A DNA stretch of 63,884 nucleotides, filler included, from Octopus bimaculoides (GCF_001194135.2; 9 parts of 6 records of this genome joined end to end with filler, not necessarily neighbours in it), one strand, 5' to 3'. Numbered from the whole stretch's first letter, positions 49,225 to 62,768 are shown. Program-made: numbers and translations. Notes: generated from the letters alone by a model not told the origin.

Positions 49225-51790
49225 GTATGTAAGCGCCTAATGACTGTGCTACTCTTTAATTTTAATATGTGTGATGGTAAGCCTGAAATATTTAGTGTAT
49301 TTAAGTACTCTATAGGGTTATCCTAATGCAAATATTGATCATGAATAAAGAGGGCCTTTTCATCTCCTGGAAACAGTTTTAGTATTTCTGCATTAATGAG
49401 ATGAACATCAATATTTTTGGGTGCTAAAACAATTTTTGGAAATTTTTCTGACTCTGTAATACATTCATGTATGACGTTTCTATTGAAAACTGCGGAAATG
49501 AGGTCAATGAAATCATGAACAATCGTACATTCCTGGGGTATTATAAGTTTGCTATTTGCTTCTTCTACAGAACCATTTCCTTCATGAAGTACAAAGTTGT
49601 TGAAATAAATTTGATTGTTTTGATCTTTTGAATTCTGTACACATGATTTTAATTGAATATATTCTGTCAATTTTTATGTTTCCATAAAAATGAATTCTTA
49701 AAGTTGCTCTCTACTATCTGTGGTCTTCTTCCAAGTTTAATGACAGATAACATTTGTTGAAAATCCCCACCAAAAATTATTAGTTTTCCTCCAAACAAAA
49801 CATGTTCAAACCTGGGGGTTGACCGTTTTCATAAGCTCCCTTAATGTTCTATCTAATGCCACTGGGAGGAAATGGTGAGACATAGTGGGAACTTATTCCA
49901 AATTGTAACATCATCCTGAATGATGTAAATTGCTTCGTAATTCCATGTAGATACGTTACATGTAACACCATTAATTGGATCGAAGGGAGAGAGCAGAACG
50001 AGCCATCGTAACTCCAGCAAGTAGCAATGCAGTTATAGCAGATGTTGCAGTTGCTATTGCAATCTTTCCTTCTTAGTGGACATAGGAAAGAATGACACTA
50101 CAGAGAAAAGTCTTACCTGACCCACCTGGACTGTCAATAAAGTTTTAGCAGAGAGAATCTTGTGGCTGTGAATATCTGCTTTTGAATTGAAGATTGCCGC
50201 TTTGATAATCTGGAGTGCTGCTTGTTGATCACAATTTAATTTTTTGACATTTTCATCAAAGAGACTCTTTTGTTTAATCGGCGGAAAATCTCTAAAGGTC
50301 TTGCAGAATGAAATTGTTGCTTGTACTGATGTTGAACCATTTTTTTCTTAAAATAATTTCAGTTTTTTTTGTAATGTATGTTGTTGTATGCTATCTTTGC
50401 TATCTTCTATTTCTAATGCTGTCATTTGATCTTCTGAAAAGTTGTCTTTCCAATTCTGTAAATAATTTGTCAGAGCAACAATGTCCTTACATCTGATATG
50501 GAATTGCTGAAACATTTGTGAACTCCATAGTTAGATAGTATTCCTGGTCATCATGTGTTAGGCCTAGTTTTCTGGAAGCTTTTAAGAATGGAAGATTATA
50601 TCATTAATAGCTTTCATAACCTCAAATGATGGAATATGATGCAATAACATCCAGGAATATGATGCAATAAAATTCTCAGAATTGCTCCTGTCACCTTTGG
50701 TGAAACAAAGTAGATACACCCAATTGCATGTGTATCATTTTTTCTGAGATGGCACATTTTCTGAGAATTATTCCATGTGTGAAATTCTGGGGAAAGTGTA
50801 AATGACTTACTTAGCTAAAGATACCTGGTTAACACACATCCATTCATTGAGGGTGGACTTGTATGAGTGTGAGCAACGTGTTGGATATCATCATTAAAGT
50901 AAACATATTGCTACTGGGGTAAATGAATTGTATGCCATTGAACTGGAGAATATGAACAATATACAGAAATCCTTTGCCATATTATGGTTCACCTATTGCA
51001 GTTTATTATTTAAGCTTACATTGACACCTCCATGGTGTTGTTTTGCATTTGTAATAAAATAAATATATACAAATTATAAAAATAATAAATAAAAAAATAT
51101 ACAGTATACAGTACTGTCTCTACTTTGCAGATTTTCACCTATCGCGGGGGTGGGGTGGAATGTAACACCCACGATAGTCAAGGGATTACTGTAATTAGAA
51201 AGCCCCAAATCCTCCAGAATGCCTCTGATGAGGATACATAAAGGCCATTAATATAATTTTCAATTTCATCTTTGTGTGTTTTCTGTTTGTTGTGAATTGG
51301 TTTGTCTACTAATATTGACTGTCACCTGATCATCTTTATGAACATGTTTGCTGATATATTTAACTGGTTTTTCAGCCGCACATATCTCTACTTTAAAATT
51401 ATCTCCATATTTGACTAAAAAGGTGGAGGAATATGATACTACTGTACAATTATCCAATTCAACATTTGACTTTGTAAATGTAAAACCATTATTTCAACAT
51501 CAGCAAAGCAGATGACTGTTATGACTGTGTAATGTATTTTCCTGAAAGTCTTTAGGGAAATGTGTTTTATATTTCCCATCAACTATATATGTTGCATTGG
51601 GTTTATCTCTCCCACATGAACCATGTAGCATGCTTTTGATGACATGTTGAAATAGAATTGATATATTTATGGATTTGGAAGTTCTGTATAAGCAAACTTT
51701 CCATAATGTTCTGGATCTAACACAATCCTTTTTTTTTAAATATGGACAACATATGACAATGGGGAAATCCTTCAGTATTGGTAGGTAACA
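49225..51790 (-). pseudogene. Helitron RepHel (HUH Rep plus Pif1 helicase) pseudogene
   Basis: In order: DNCTVVSYS..KVEICAAEKPVKYISKHVHKDD; HAIGCIYFVSPK..LRILLHHIPG; FIDSPGGSGKTFL (Walker A); ATSAITALLLAGVTMARS; FGGDFQQMLSVI; IVLAPKNIDVHLINAEILKLFPG; PIEYLNTLNISGLPSHILKLK. Many stops and frameshifts. Confidence 0.92.
51107..51193. mobile_element. Short pogo/Tigger-like MITE nested in the Helitron
   Basis: Ends TACAGTAC..CTATCGCGGG and CCCACGATAG..GGGATTACTGTA; TA termini. Confidence 0.5.
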
Positions 51791-51948
51791 TCATTCACCC
51801 ACACAACCTTCACTCGCGACATAGATAAAGAGGCTAGGCTGAAACAGAGGGTTAATGACATTGCATCCTCAGACCGACACTCTGGATACCAATGCCAAAG
51901 GATCACTCAGTTATCTTTTTTCTTAGACACACACACGCACGCACGCAT

Positions 51949-51979
<31 letters not shown>

Positions 51980-53045
51980 CACAGAGAGGTTCATTGCAGA
52001 TCAACATTGTATAAATACATATAATTAACAAAGCTCACAGTATGATTTAATTGCTATTTCTATATAGACATAACACAAAAATAGTTTGTAGCATGGCATC
52101 AAAAATCAAATAGTTATGGAAAGTTAAGATTTAAAAAAAAAAAGGGTTGTAAAATGAGAGGAAAGAATATGTCCCAGATATTAATTTCTTTATTGCCCAC
52201 AGGGGGCTAAACATAGAGGGGACAAACAAGGACAGACAAAGGGATTAAGTCGATTACATCGACCCCAGTACGTAACTGGTACTTATTTAATCGACCCCGA
52301 AAGGATGAAAGGCAAAGTTGACTTCAGCGGAATTTGAACTCAGAATGTAAAAACAGACGAAATGCCGCTAAGCATTTCGCCCGACGTGCTAACGATTCTG
52401 CCAGCTCGCCGCCTTAATGTTCCAGATATTTAGCTGTTATTTCTAGCATAATGGGTTTTCTGGTGAGGGCTTGATATCTTTTTATCTGTTGTTACAGGAG
52501 AAATCTATGCATGCATAAAACATAGAATTTTTGTGCTTTGGGATATCGGGAAGGGGTCAAGAGGGGCAATATAGGATGTTTTCTAAGACAGTTTGAAATA
52601 AAAAAAATATTTTCCCAGATTCGTAATCTCTGTATTTTTCCATGTGGATTAAAAAAGAAATTTGAAGAAAGTGAAAAATTAAAAAATTTTTTGAAGATGT
52701 GTTGTTTGTTTTTATTTTAGCAAATTTGTAATCTCTGATATTGAAAACATAGGAATTCAAAGAAATTAAAAAAAAACAAAAAACATATGAATGTGGGGTG
52801 CTTACACCTGACCTCCGCCACTTACTCTAATTGTAATTCATAGAGGTTAAACAAAATTAAACAGAATATTATAGTTGCTAGATTGCTAGGAAAAAAAAAA
52901 AACTACTGCATGAGAAGGAAAAGAAAATGGCATGATGAACTGGCAGTGAACCTGTTATATTTCTTTCAGCAATTAATATTTTATTGTTTTGCATTTGTAT
53001 TTATGAATTTCAATTTTAGAGTATGTTAGTTGGTGTCATGACCTC
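51765..53045 (-). mobile_element. 5' region of the Helitron-associated repeat (with SINE insertion)
   Basis: Contiguous with the RepHel remnant; inverted homologue of 44735-45800. Confidence 0.6.
52180..52415 (-). mobile_element. SINE family B, young copy
   Basis: Reverse complement of GGCGGCGAGCTGGCAGAATCGTTAGCACG..GCCTTTCATCCTTTCGGGGTCGATTAAATAAGTACCAG; absent from the homologous site in 44735-45800. Confidence 0.9.
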
Positions 53046-53464
53046 CACCTGTTATTAAGGCAATGTTTGTTTTGTGCAACATGATGGTTCTGAGGAAGGT
53101 TGTTGTGTTGGGGTTGAAAGCAATTATTTGGTTAACAAAGATGGAATTAACAAAAATGTACCGACACTAACTAAATGAAAATTATATTATGCAATGCATT
53201 TAAATTTCCAATTTCACAAATGTTAATTTAATTGTTTTCTGCAATGAAAATAATTAAATGAAATGTAAGAGTTTCTATGAAAGAGGATCTGATAGTAGCA
53301 ATTCTCTTTTTAAGAATACAATAGGCAATCTTTCGAAAAAGGTAGAGAGATAATGAAAGTTTGTTTGGCAATTTCTGTAAAAATCACTTATGTTTATATA
53401 TTTTTTGTATATGCATGACGTGTTTGTGTGTATGTATGTATGTTTATGTAAGTACTGTATATTT

Positions 53465-53855
53465 AGGCACAGGACTGGCTGTGTGGTAAGTAGCTTGTTT
53501 ACCAACCACATGATTCCAAGTTCAGTCCCACTGCATGGCACCTTAGGCAAGTGTCTTCTACTATAGCCTTGGCCAACCAAAGCCTTGTGAGTGGATTTGG
53601 TAGATGGAAACTAAAAGAAGCCTGTCGTATATATATATATATGTATATGTTTGTGAGTTTGTGTTTGTCCCCCCACCATCGCTTGACAACCGATGTTGGT
53701 GTGTTTATGTCCCTGTAACCTAGCGGTTTGGCAAAAAGAGTCCAATAGAATAAGTACTAGGCTTACAAAGAATAAGTCCTGGGGTCGATTTGTTCGACTA
53801 AAGGTGGTGCTCCAGCATGGCTGCAGTCAAATGACTGAAACAAATACAAGAAAGT
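53465..53855 (+). mobile_element. SINE family A, full length
   Basis: GGACTGGCTGTGTGGTAAGTAGC..CCAGCATGGCTGCAGTCAAATGACTGAAACAA. Confidence 0.9.
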
Positions 53856-54152
53856 ATGTGTATCTGTGTATACACATACATACATATACTTACACAAATA
53901 TACCCCCATCAACACACATAAATACACAAAGAATATGTGAACATAAGCAATTCAGCTGAAAATTAAAGTAAAGAAATAAAAATTTTGTATGAAAATTGCC
54001 AAACAAACACGTTCATTATCCTTCTATGTTTATTGAAAGATAGCCAACAAAATGATAGTACGTTCTAGATTCAGAGTTTTGATTCAACCTTTTATACACA
54101 GAATGTTTCTTTAATGAATTTTGTAGTGATAAATTTTTTAACATTTACAATA

Positions 54153-54563
54153 TACTGTATTTTAACGTGTATAAGGAACCCCCTAATTTTTGGGGCTTAA
54201 AATTTGGAAAAAAGGTTTTGTAAGGGGTTATAATACTATCCATGTGAAGGTGGCGAGCTGGCAGAATCGTTAGCATGCTAGGCGAAATGCTTAGCGGTAT
54301 TTCATCTGCCGCTACGTTCTGAGTTCAAATTCCTCCAAGGTCGACTTTGCCTTTCATCCCTTTCGGGGTCAATTAAATAAGTACCAGTTACACACTGGGG
54401 GCAATGTAATTGACTTAGTCCCTTTGTCCTTGTTTGTCCCCTCTATGTTTAGTCCCTTGTGGGCAATAAAGAATTAAATTCTATTCATGTATAAGAAGCT
54501 CCTATATTTTTTAAATCTAATTTTTGACAAAAAAGGGTTCCTTATACACGTTAAAATATGGTA
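54153..54563. mobile_element. TA-flanked MITE (pogo/Tc1-like) containing a nested SINE
   Basis: 29-bp TIRs TACTGTATTTTAACGTGTATAAGGAACCC / GGGTTCCTTATACACGTTAAAATATGGTA (2 mismatches). Confidence 0.75.
54247..54475 (+). mobile_element. SINE family B
   Basis: Full head, core and tail. Confidence 0.88.
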
Positions 54564-54574
54564 ATTTTGGTGCC

Positions 54575-54785
54575 GAACCAGCAGAATTGTTAGCATGCTG
54601 GGCGAAACACTTAGCGGTATTTTGTCTGTCTTCACATTCTGAGTTCAAATTTCACTGAGGTTGATTTTGCCTTTCATCCTTTCCACGTCAATAAAATAAG
54701 TACCAGTTGCATACTGGGGTCGATGTGATCAACTTACCTGCTCCCCACTAAGTTCAGGTCTTGTGCCTATATTAGAAAGGATTAT
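54575..54785 (+). mobile_element. SINE family B-like, (ATT)n tail
   Basis: CAGCAGAATTGTTAGCATG..GCCTTTCATCC..AAATAAGTACCAG. Confidence 0.82.
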
Positions 54786-54811
54786 TATTTATTATTATTA
54801 TTATCATTATT

Positions 54812-55020
54812 AAGGCAGCGAGCTGGCAGAATTGTTAGCATGCTGGACGAAACGCTTAGCGGTATTTCATCTGTCTTTATGTTATGAGTTCAAATTCCGC
54901 CAAAGTCGACTTTGCCTTTCATCCTTTCAAGGTTGATAAATCAAGTACCAGTAGAGTGCTGAGGTCAATGTAAACGACTTTCTTCCTCCTTTCCACCCCA
55001 AATTTCTGTCCTTTTGCCAA
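54812..55020 (+). mobile_element. SINE family B-like
   Basis: GGCAGCGAGCTGGCAGAATTGTTAGC..GCCTTTCATCCTTTCAAGGTTGATAAA. Confidence 0.82.
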
Positions 55021-56059
55021 AATTTGAAATCGATATTTACCATATTATTATTTTGTTTAATTAATTTTACATTCCTGTAATGCTTTAATCTCAGAAAGGT
55101 TAAGTAGCTAATTAAGTTTATTCCTTTGAAAATGGTCAGTTATCAAGTTACTTTAAGTGTTCAGTGTTTTGGTTTGAACTTTAATGAATTCTAGTTTTTG
55201 AACAGATAAACAAAGACATTCTTGATTTCCTTTCATAATTGAATTCTTTCACATTATAATCTTTGATAAAACAGCCTCTTTCCTTAGAATTTTCTAAGTC
55301 TTCTCTTATGCTCGTTTGTAACTTCTTCAATAATAAATGTAATAAAGCCATAACAACATAGTTATAACATTTAAACGGAAAATTCAACAGGTTACGGTGC
55401 TAAAAAATAGCTTGGCAATTCAACATTAGTCATGTACTGTGTCTGATTTCCATTGATATATGAAGCATATGATGAGTTTAATTACAAACAGAAGAGTCAG
55501 AGTCGGAATTGGTGAGCTATAGATTGATGACTCAAAGGTTTTGTGTACCGACTCCACAGGTCTTGTTTTTAATGGAAACAATAAGACATAACATTTAGTT
55601 TTTCTTGGACAAAAGTATGGGAATTAGTATATCAATTCTCTCTCTCACTCACTCACTCTCTCTCACTGACTGACTCACTCTCTCTCACTGACTGACTGAC
55701 TGACTGACTCACTCACTCACTCACTCACTCACTCTCTCTCTCTCCCTCAATCTCTCTCTCTCTCTCTCTCTCAATCTCTCTCCGCTTCTTGGTCATTGTC
55801 GTCTTTTATCCTCTTTTCTTTTTCATGCTGACCACTGAAATGACTGGTATTTTTTCTCATCTCCCACTATTAACATGTTTTGCTTTTTCTCTGTTGTCCT
55901 TTTCTTTCTCATCCTTTAGGATATTCCTCCTAGCATTAGCCATATTTTTGAATCCTGGCTGGCCCTAAGGCTGTATTCAGTTTATTTCAGTTTGTTTGTA
56001 TATCCACATTTCATCTTATTTGCTTTCATCTTTCTTTCAACTGCTGAGTAGATGAAGGT

Positions 56060-56220
56060 GTGAGTATGTGGCAAGAAGTTTGCTTCCCAATCACAAGGTT
56101 CTAGGTTCAGTCCCACTGCATGACACCTCAAGCAAGTGTCTTCTACTATAGCCTTGGGCTGATCAAAGCCTTATGCGTGGATTTGGTAGATGGAAACTGA
56201 CAGAAGCATGCCGTGTGTAT
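56060..56220 (+). mobile_element. SINE family A 5' half running into a long (TA/TATG)n tract
   Basis: GTGTGGCAAGAAGTTTGCTTCCCAATCAC..GGATTTGGTAGATGGAAACTGA. Confidence 0.8.
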
Positions 56221-56359
56221 ATATGTATGTGTGTATGTATGTATATATATGTATGTATATATGTATGTATGTATATATATATATATATATGTATGTATAT
56301 ATGTATGTATGTATATATATATATGTATGTATGTATATATATATATATATGTATGTATG

Positions 56360-56390
<31 letters not shown>

Positions 56391-56405
56391 ATATATATAT
56401 ATATG

Positions 56406-56474
<69 letters not shown>

Positions 56475-56534
56475 GTATGTATGTATATATATGTATGTAT
56501 ATGTATGTATGTATATGTATGTATGTATATGTAT

Positions 56535-56634
56535 NNNNNNNNNNNNNNNNNNNNNNNNNNNNNNNNNNNNNNNNNNNNTTAATTAATTAANNNNNNNNNN
56601 NNNNNNNNNNNNNNNNNNNNNNNNNNNNNNNNNN
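56535..56634. other. Artificial scaffold linker
   Basis: TTAATTAATTAA at 56579-56590. Confidence 0.97.
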
Positions 56635-56644
56635 TATATATATA

Positions 56645-56880
56645 AAGGCGGCGAGCTGGCAGAAACGTTAGCAAATCGGGCGAAATACTTAGCGGTATTT
56701 CGTCTGCCGTTCAGTTATGAGTTCAAATTCTGCCCAGGTCGACTTTACCTATGATCCTTTCGGGGGTCGATAAATTTAGTACCAGTTATGCACTGGGTTC
56801 GATGTAATCGACTTAATTACTTTTGTCTGTCCTTGTTTGTCCCCTCTATGTTTAGCCCCTTGCGGGCAATAAAGAAATAA
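56645..56880 (+). mobile_element. SINE family B
   Basis: GGCGGCGAGCTGGCAGAAACGTTAGC..GGGCAATAAAGAAATAA. Confidence 0.88.
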
Positions 56881-57439
56881 CACACAAACATATATATACA
56901 TATATATATATTCTTTTTTATTAATAATAAAGTGGCTTATTCACAATTTACACCGGAGAGGCAGGACTATAGACGCCACTAAAGTGACAAATGATACTAG
57001 TTATTCCTAGAAATAAGAGTCAAAACAACTATTTGCCACGATAAAGCCTTTATCGTATGACTGATAAAGGAGGCATGCTCCCTATAGCTTCTGGAGCAGA
57101 GCCAGATCATCAGTGATTTCGCGTTTCATTAATGCTCGTCAGTGGTTCTTACCCGGTGCCTAGGGTTAAGCTAGGTCGCCTTGTCAGTTTATAAGATTCA
57201 CCGAGGAAATCTCACGCTGATTTCATAAATGGTAAAAGTAAAAATTTTAATAATAAAGGTGGCTTATTCTAAATTCAGAACCGAAATGCAGGACTATAGA
57301 TGTCCTTAAAGTGACTAAAGCTGGAGGTTGACGCGAGCATTGCTAGATGTAAGTGTCAAAACAACTTTGTTTATCTATATAGAGATAGGTAAATATAATA
57401 AATCAAATGTACAGCATGATATATAGGTTTATGCTAGCG

Positions 57440-57635
57440 GTTTACCAGATTCTGTGGCGTATATATTTTACCCCTGGTGAGGACGCCAGTCGTCGCAGGA
57501 TTACGCATTTTTACCAGATGGATGAAGCAATGTGAAATTAAGGGTTTTGCACACAGCATCGCCCGATACATGAATTGAAACTACGGTCACACAATCATGA
57601 GGGTAATACTCTAACCACTAAACCACGCTTCTCCA
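57440..57635 (-). mobile_element. SINE family C, degenerate
   Basis: Similar to 14200-14455 (GCAATGTGAAATTAAG..ACTCTAACCACTAAACCACGC). Confidence 0.6.
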
Positions 57636-57782
57636 CATATGTATATAATGTTGTATATATGAATTTCTGTGTGAGAGTGTGTGAGTATGTATGCGTGTGT
57701 GTGTGTGCGTGTGAGCGTGTGCGAGTGCGCATATAGAGATACATACACTCACACGCACAGATACATATACAATCACGAGCAT

Positions 57783-57905
57783 ATACGAGAGGTACTGAAA
57801 TGTTCCTGACATTCTCTTACAGAGCTTAGAGAAACAGTCGGACTGCTGCAACAAGTGTCTGAATCTGAGAGGGGACTATGTTGAAGAAAATCGTAATTAA
57901 CTGAC
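57783..57905 (+). mobile_element. Internally deleted mariner remnant
   Basis: TACGAGAGGTACTGAAATGTTCC (TIR-like) fused to a transposase C-terminus-like peptide CCNKCLNLRGDYVEEN. Confidence 0.6.
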
Positions 57906-58344
57906 ACTTCTCAATTTTGTTTTATCTCTGTTTGTGTATGTACATATGTGTACGTATGGGTGTATTTTCAATGTGTACAAATAATACAGAAAAATAAATA
58001 AATAGTTACCAGGGTAGCAAAGATTCACATGTGTCAAGGATATTATAGCCTGCTTATAAAGGTAGAAATTCTTGGGTTAATTGAAAAGTTTTTGTATAAC
58101 GTAGATAAATTGAGAGATAGAGTCAAACGCAGGTTTAAATAACACCTGTGTTTCATGTTTGACGCCATTTCTTAATATATATATTAGGCGTATGTACATA
58201 GTTGAGCGGGTACGCATGCGTATCTATTGACTGGTGCGCTTACGCGAATACTATGTACAGTTTTACTCCCCTCACTAATAGCTCTTTTGTCTTAATAACA
58301 GTCAACCACAGAGTAATTTCCTTCTGTTTAACGGTCATTTTCAT

Positions 58345-58445
58345 AGCAATTTTCAATGGCCAAATAACTGGGGAGATGGTGGCTTGGGTTTCCGCCCCAG
58401 CTTCCGAAAATCGGAATTTTATCATCACTACCGAATAATTGTCAC
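58345..58445 (+). mobile_element. Probable PLE terminal-repeat fragment; same family as 39660-39840
   Basis: TTTTCAATGGCCAAATAACTGGGAGATGG..TTCCGAAAATCGGAATTTTATCATCACTACCG. Confidence 0.55.
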
Positions 58446-58499
58446 ATACTTTTACAGATAAATTCCTCTATTTACATAATACCGAGGTCCTTTCTATTA

Positions 58500-58541
<42 letters not shown>

Positions 58542-58693
58542 GTATATATTTATACATGTATATATATATATGTGTGTATGTATGTATGTATATATATATC
58601 GCAAAATTGCTAGGACATTCCGGATATTGAATGACGAGGAAATCAGCTGCGAATTGTCCGTGTATCCTGTTTTTGCCCAATTTCCCGTTTGTT

Positions 58694-58793
58694 NNNNNNN
58701 NNNNNNNNNNNNNNNNNNNNNNNNNNNNNNNNNNNNNTTAATTAATTAANNNNNNNNNNNNNNNNNNNNNNNNNNNNNNNNNNNNNNNNNNNN
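58694..58793. other. Artificial scaffold linker
   Basis: TTAATTAATTAA at 58738-58749. Confidence 0.97.
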
Positions 58794-58903
58794 TATATCT
58801 ACAAACATGCAAGCACATACACACATATGTATAAATGCACATATTAATCTATATACGAATATCTGTGTGGGTAAGAATATGTGTGCATGTGTTAGTTCCA
58901 GTG

Positions 58904-58944
<41 letters not shown>

Positions 58945-60234
58945 CTGTCTGTCTATGCGTATGCATGTGCGTGCGCTGTACAAAAATCTCATTAGACGAG
59001 GCCTACCACTCGCTCATACATTCACTCACTCTCTCATTCACAACCACATCCCGTCGATTCAACCCAGCTGTGAGCTATATTGGCTCCCAGTTCATTCAAG
59101 CAACTCACAGAGTCTTTATATCGCATGAGCGATTTCTTCAAAATATTCCGGACAAACCACCTTTTAACACAAAACTCTCTGCTAGAATGGTCAGCAGGAA
59201 TAATAAATTACGGGTATTGCACACCCTGATTAAGATGGTGATTATTCCGTTGTTGTTAATGGCTACAGCTGGTACGTGAGGATAAGATTTATTAATTTGC
59301 CCAACGAGACATGACAGCTAAATCTCCCTCACTCATATTATATTGTATCATACTACGTGTTATTGGATTAAATAAAAAGAAAAAGGGATATCACATGTTG
59401 GTTAATCTAGTTAAGGATGTACAATGAGGGAAAGCAAAAGACATGTTGGTCACAGTTAGAATGCCTTATATTATAAGGTGAGAGGATCAGGGATTGCATC
59501 GAGCTAAACCACAACCTGTTCGAGGACGTATATAAGTGTCTTATATATATATTTGCATGTACGTATTTATGCATGTGTATATATATGTGTGTGTGTGCGT
59601 ATGTGTGAGTATATANNNNNNNNNNNNNNNNNNNNNNNNNNNNNNNNNNNNNNNNNNNNNNNNNNNNNNNNNNNNNNNNNNNNNNNNNNNNNNNNNNNNN
59701 NNNNNNNNNNNNNNNNNNNNNNNNNNNNNNNNNNNNNNNNNNNNNNNNNNNNNNNNNNNNNNNNNNNNNNNNNNNNNNNNNNNNNNNNNNNNNNNNNNNN
59801 NNNNNNNNNNNNNNNNNNNNNNNNNNNNNNNNNNNNNNNNNNNNNNNNNNNNNNNNNNNNNNNNNNNNNNNNNNNNNNNNNNNNNNNNNNNNNNNNNNNN
59901 NNNNNNNNNNNNNNNNNNNNNNNNNNNNNNNNNNNNNNNNNNNNNNNNNNNNNNNNNNNNNNNNNNNNNNNNNNNNNNNNNNNNNNNNNNNNNNNNNNNN
60001 NNNNNNNNNNNNNNNNNNNNNNNNNNNNNNNNNNNNNNNNNNNNNNNNNNNNNNNNNNNNNNNNNNNNNNNNNNNNNNNNNNNNNNNNNNNNNNNNNNNN
60101 NNNNNNNNNNNNNNNNNNNNNNNNNNNNNNNNNNNNNNNNNNNNNNNNNNNNNGCCGTTGTTCAGGTTGTTGTTGCTGTTGATGGTTTTATTGTTATTGA
60201 TGTGTTGCTGTCGTCGTTGTTGTTGTCGTTGATC

Positions 60235-60262
60235 GTCTTCTTCTTCTTCTTCTTCTTCTTCT

Positions 60263-60297
<35 letters not shown>

Positions 60298-60545
60298 TTC
60301 TACTTCGTCTTCTTCTTCTTCTTCTTCTTCTTCTTCTTCTTCTTTTTCTTCTTCTTCTTCTTCTTGTTCTTCTTCTTGTTCTTCTACTTCTTGTTCTTCT
60401 TTTTCTTCTTCTTCTTCTTCTTCTTCTTCTTCTTCTTCTTCTTCTTCTTCTTCTTCTTCTTCTTCGTCTTCTTCTTCTTCTTCTTTTTCTTCTTCTTTTT
60501 CTTCTTCTCCTTCTTCTTCTACTTCTTCTTCTTCTTCTTCTACTG

Positions 60546-60578
<33 letters not shown>

Positions 60579-60610
60579 CTTCTTCTTCTTCATCTTCTTC
60601 TTCTTCTTCT
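60235..60610. repeat. Long imperfect (TTC)n trinucleotide array
   Basis: Seen directly; source of the poly-F ORF. Confidence 0.95.
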
Positions 60611-61149
60611 CCACCTCCTCAACCTTCCTCTTCTTGCTTACCCAACTGAACCCTGACTGACGCAATCTGTCAATCAAAAGCATTCCAGCCGTGACCATCC
60701 CGTCTTATGAAAGATATCCAACACTGCATCATCGAATGGAATTTTCCTTTTTGTCTCTCTCTTTTATTTTTTTTCTCCATAGACGGAAAGGTGCAAATAT
60801 AAGCAAGATTTGTCTGCTATTTCTAGCAGGTCATGCACGCTTGTGGAAGCTTTTTCATTGGATTCAACTGAAAAACATTCAAATAAATAAATAAATGAAG
60901 TAATAAACAGAAAAATTAAAATACATTTTTGAAATTTGTTTAAAAAAATATAAGAATCGTTTTAACATTCGGTTAGAGAGTATTTTAGGGATTCGAAGGG
61001 GTTGTGTGACAGCTACGTGTGACATATTGCTCTCCCTTGGACCATTAACGAACTTGTAACACACGCATGCGCACACATACATATGTACAGAGAAGCATAA
61101 ACAGAACACGTTACACAGATGCATGTGTAGGCTTCATATATGTGTATTT

Positions 61150-61245
61150 TTTGTGTGTGTGCGTGCGTGTGTGCGTGCGTGTGAGCGTGCGTGTGAGCGT
61201 GCGTGTGAGCGTGCGTGTGAGCGTGCGTGTGAGCGTGCGTGTGAG
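61150..61245. repeat. (GTGAGCGTGC)n 10-mer tandem repeat derived from (GT)n
   Basis: About 5 units running into the linker. Confidence 0.85.
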
Positions 61246-61345
61246 NNNNNNNNNNNNNNNNNNNNNNNNNNNNNNNNNNNNNNNNNNNNTTAATTAATTA
61301 ANNNNNNNNNNNNNNNNNNNNNNNNNNNNNNNNNNNNNNNNNNNN
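61246..61345. other. Artificial scaffold linker
   Basis: TTAATTAATTAA at 61290-61301. Confidence 0.97.
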
Positions 61346-62668
61346 TATATATATATATATATATATCTACCGATACATGAATACAACATACATATATCGA
61401 ACATACATTCATGCATACGTACGTACATACATATACAACTATACACAACTACATATATAAGTTTGTGTGTGTGTGTAGATATTATATACGTAAATTTTAT
61501 TCATGCGTGTATAGTAATACCTATGTATAGTAATGTAAATGCGCACAAGTAGACCATGAACAAAGAAAATGTAAAGTGCATACATATGCACATACATGTA
61601 TACGTGTGTAGTTATGTATTTCATACGCAAATACACACATATGTACACAATCGCACACAAGCACACGCTTATACACATATATTATATGTATATATGTATA
61701 CGATGTGTATATGCGCACACGTTATCTATTGCTTTTGATAATATACATTAATATTAACACCAATATAATAACAAATATAATTATACATACTTGCACACAC
61801 GTGACAACACACATGCACACACAGATATATGTATGTGTATGTTCATTGATATATATATATATATATATATNNNNNNNNNNTATATATATATATATATATA
61901 TACACATCCACACCCACTCACGTACATATATAGAGACATATACGCTTATCAATTTTAATAATATTACCATATATATGACCTCTTGGCAACGCAACCAATC
62001 ATTTTTAATATATATTTATTAATATTTATACAAGTTGATATACACACATGTATAATTGAATATTTATACGTGTATATTTATACACACACACTCACTCACT
62101 CACACACACACGCGCACACACACACAGACACACACACACACATATGTATATATAATACATACACATATATATATATAAATGTATACTTATGTACACACAT
62201 CTATGTATACATGTATTTGCATGCAGATACGATGTTGCACCTGGTTCTGCTTGCCTGTGTATATAACAAGCATAAGTGTGTGTGTGTGCACACTCGGGTA
62301 ACCGAATATGAATTCAATGCTTAACATGTTTTCAGGCAGCTTCTTCTCTGATTACTATAAATTCACAGTGGGTGTTGCAAGCAGAGCTGAGTTCACGTCA
62401 GCTTCACTGAAGAGCGTTAATATCCACAGGGAAACCTGCCTGAAACGATGGAATGAATTCAATTATATAGCAGACAACGGGCATATATAACCTGCATTGA
62501 ACACTTTACTTCCTCACAGCTATTATTGAGTATTGATCACTTGAGCATTTATGTATACATTATTATTTATGAATGTATATACACAAGTATACAAATATGA
62601 GTGTACATGTCTATAGATTTATACACACGAATGTATGGAGGCACACATGTACACACACACACACACAC

Positions 62669-62768
62669 NNNNNNNNNNNNNNNNNNNNNNNNNNNNNNNN
62701 NNNNNNNNNNNNTTAATTAATTAANNNNNNNNNNNNNNNNNNNNNNNNNNNNNNNNNNNNNNNNNNNN
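62669..62768. other. Artificial scaffold linker
   Basis: TTAATTAATTAA at 62713-62724. Confidence 0.97.

Noticed and set aside
51226-51250. CTGATGAGG motif
   Set aside because: No GAAA or closing stems.
62305-62460. Short inverted repeats (TTTCAGGCAG/CTGCCTGAAA) with an internal CTGAAGA
   Set aside because: Could not build a consistent hammerhead or pre-miRNA fold; arms only about 10 bp.
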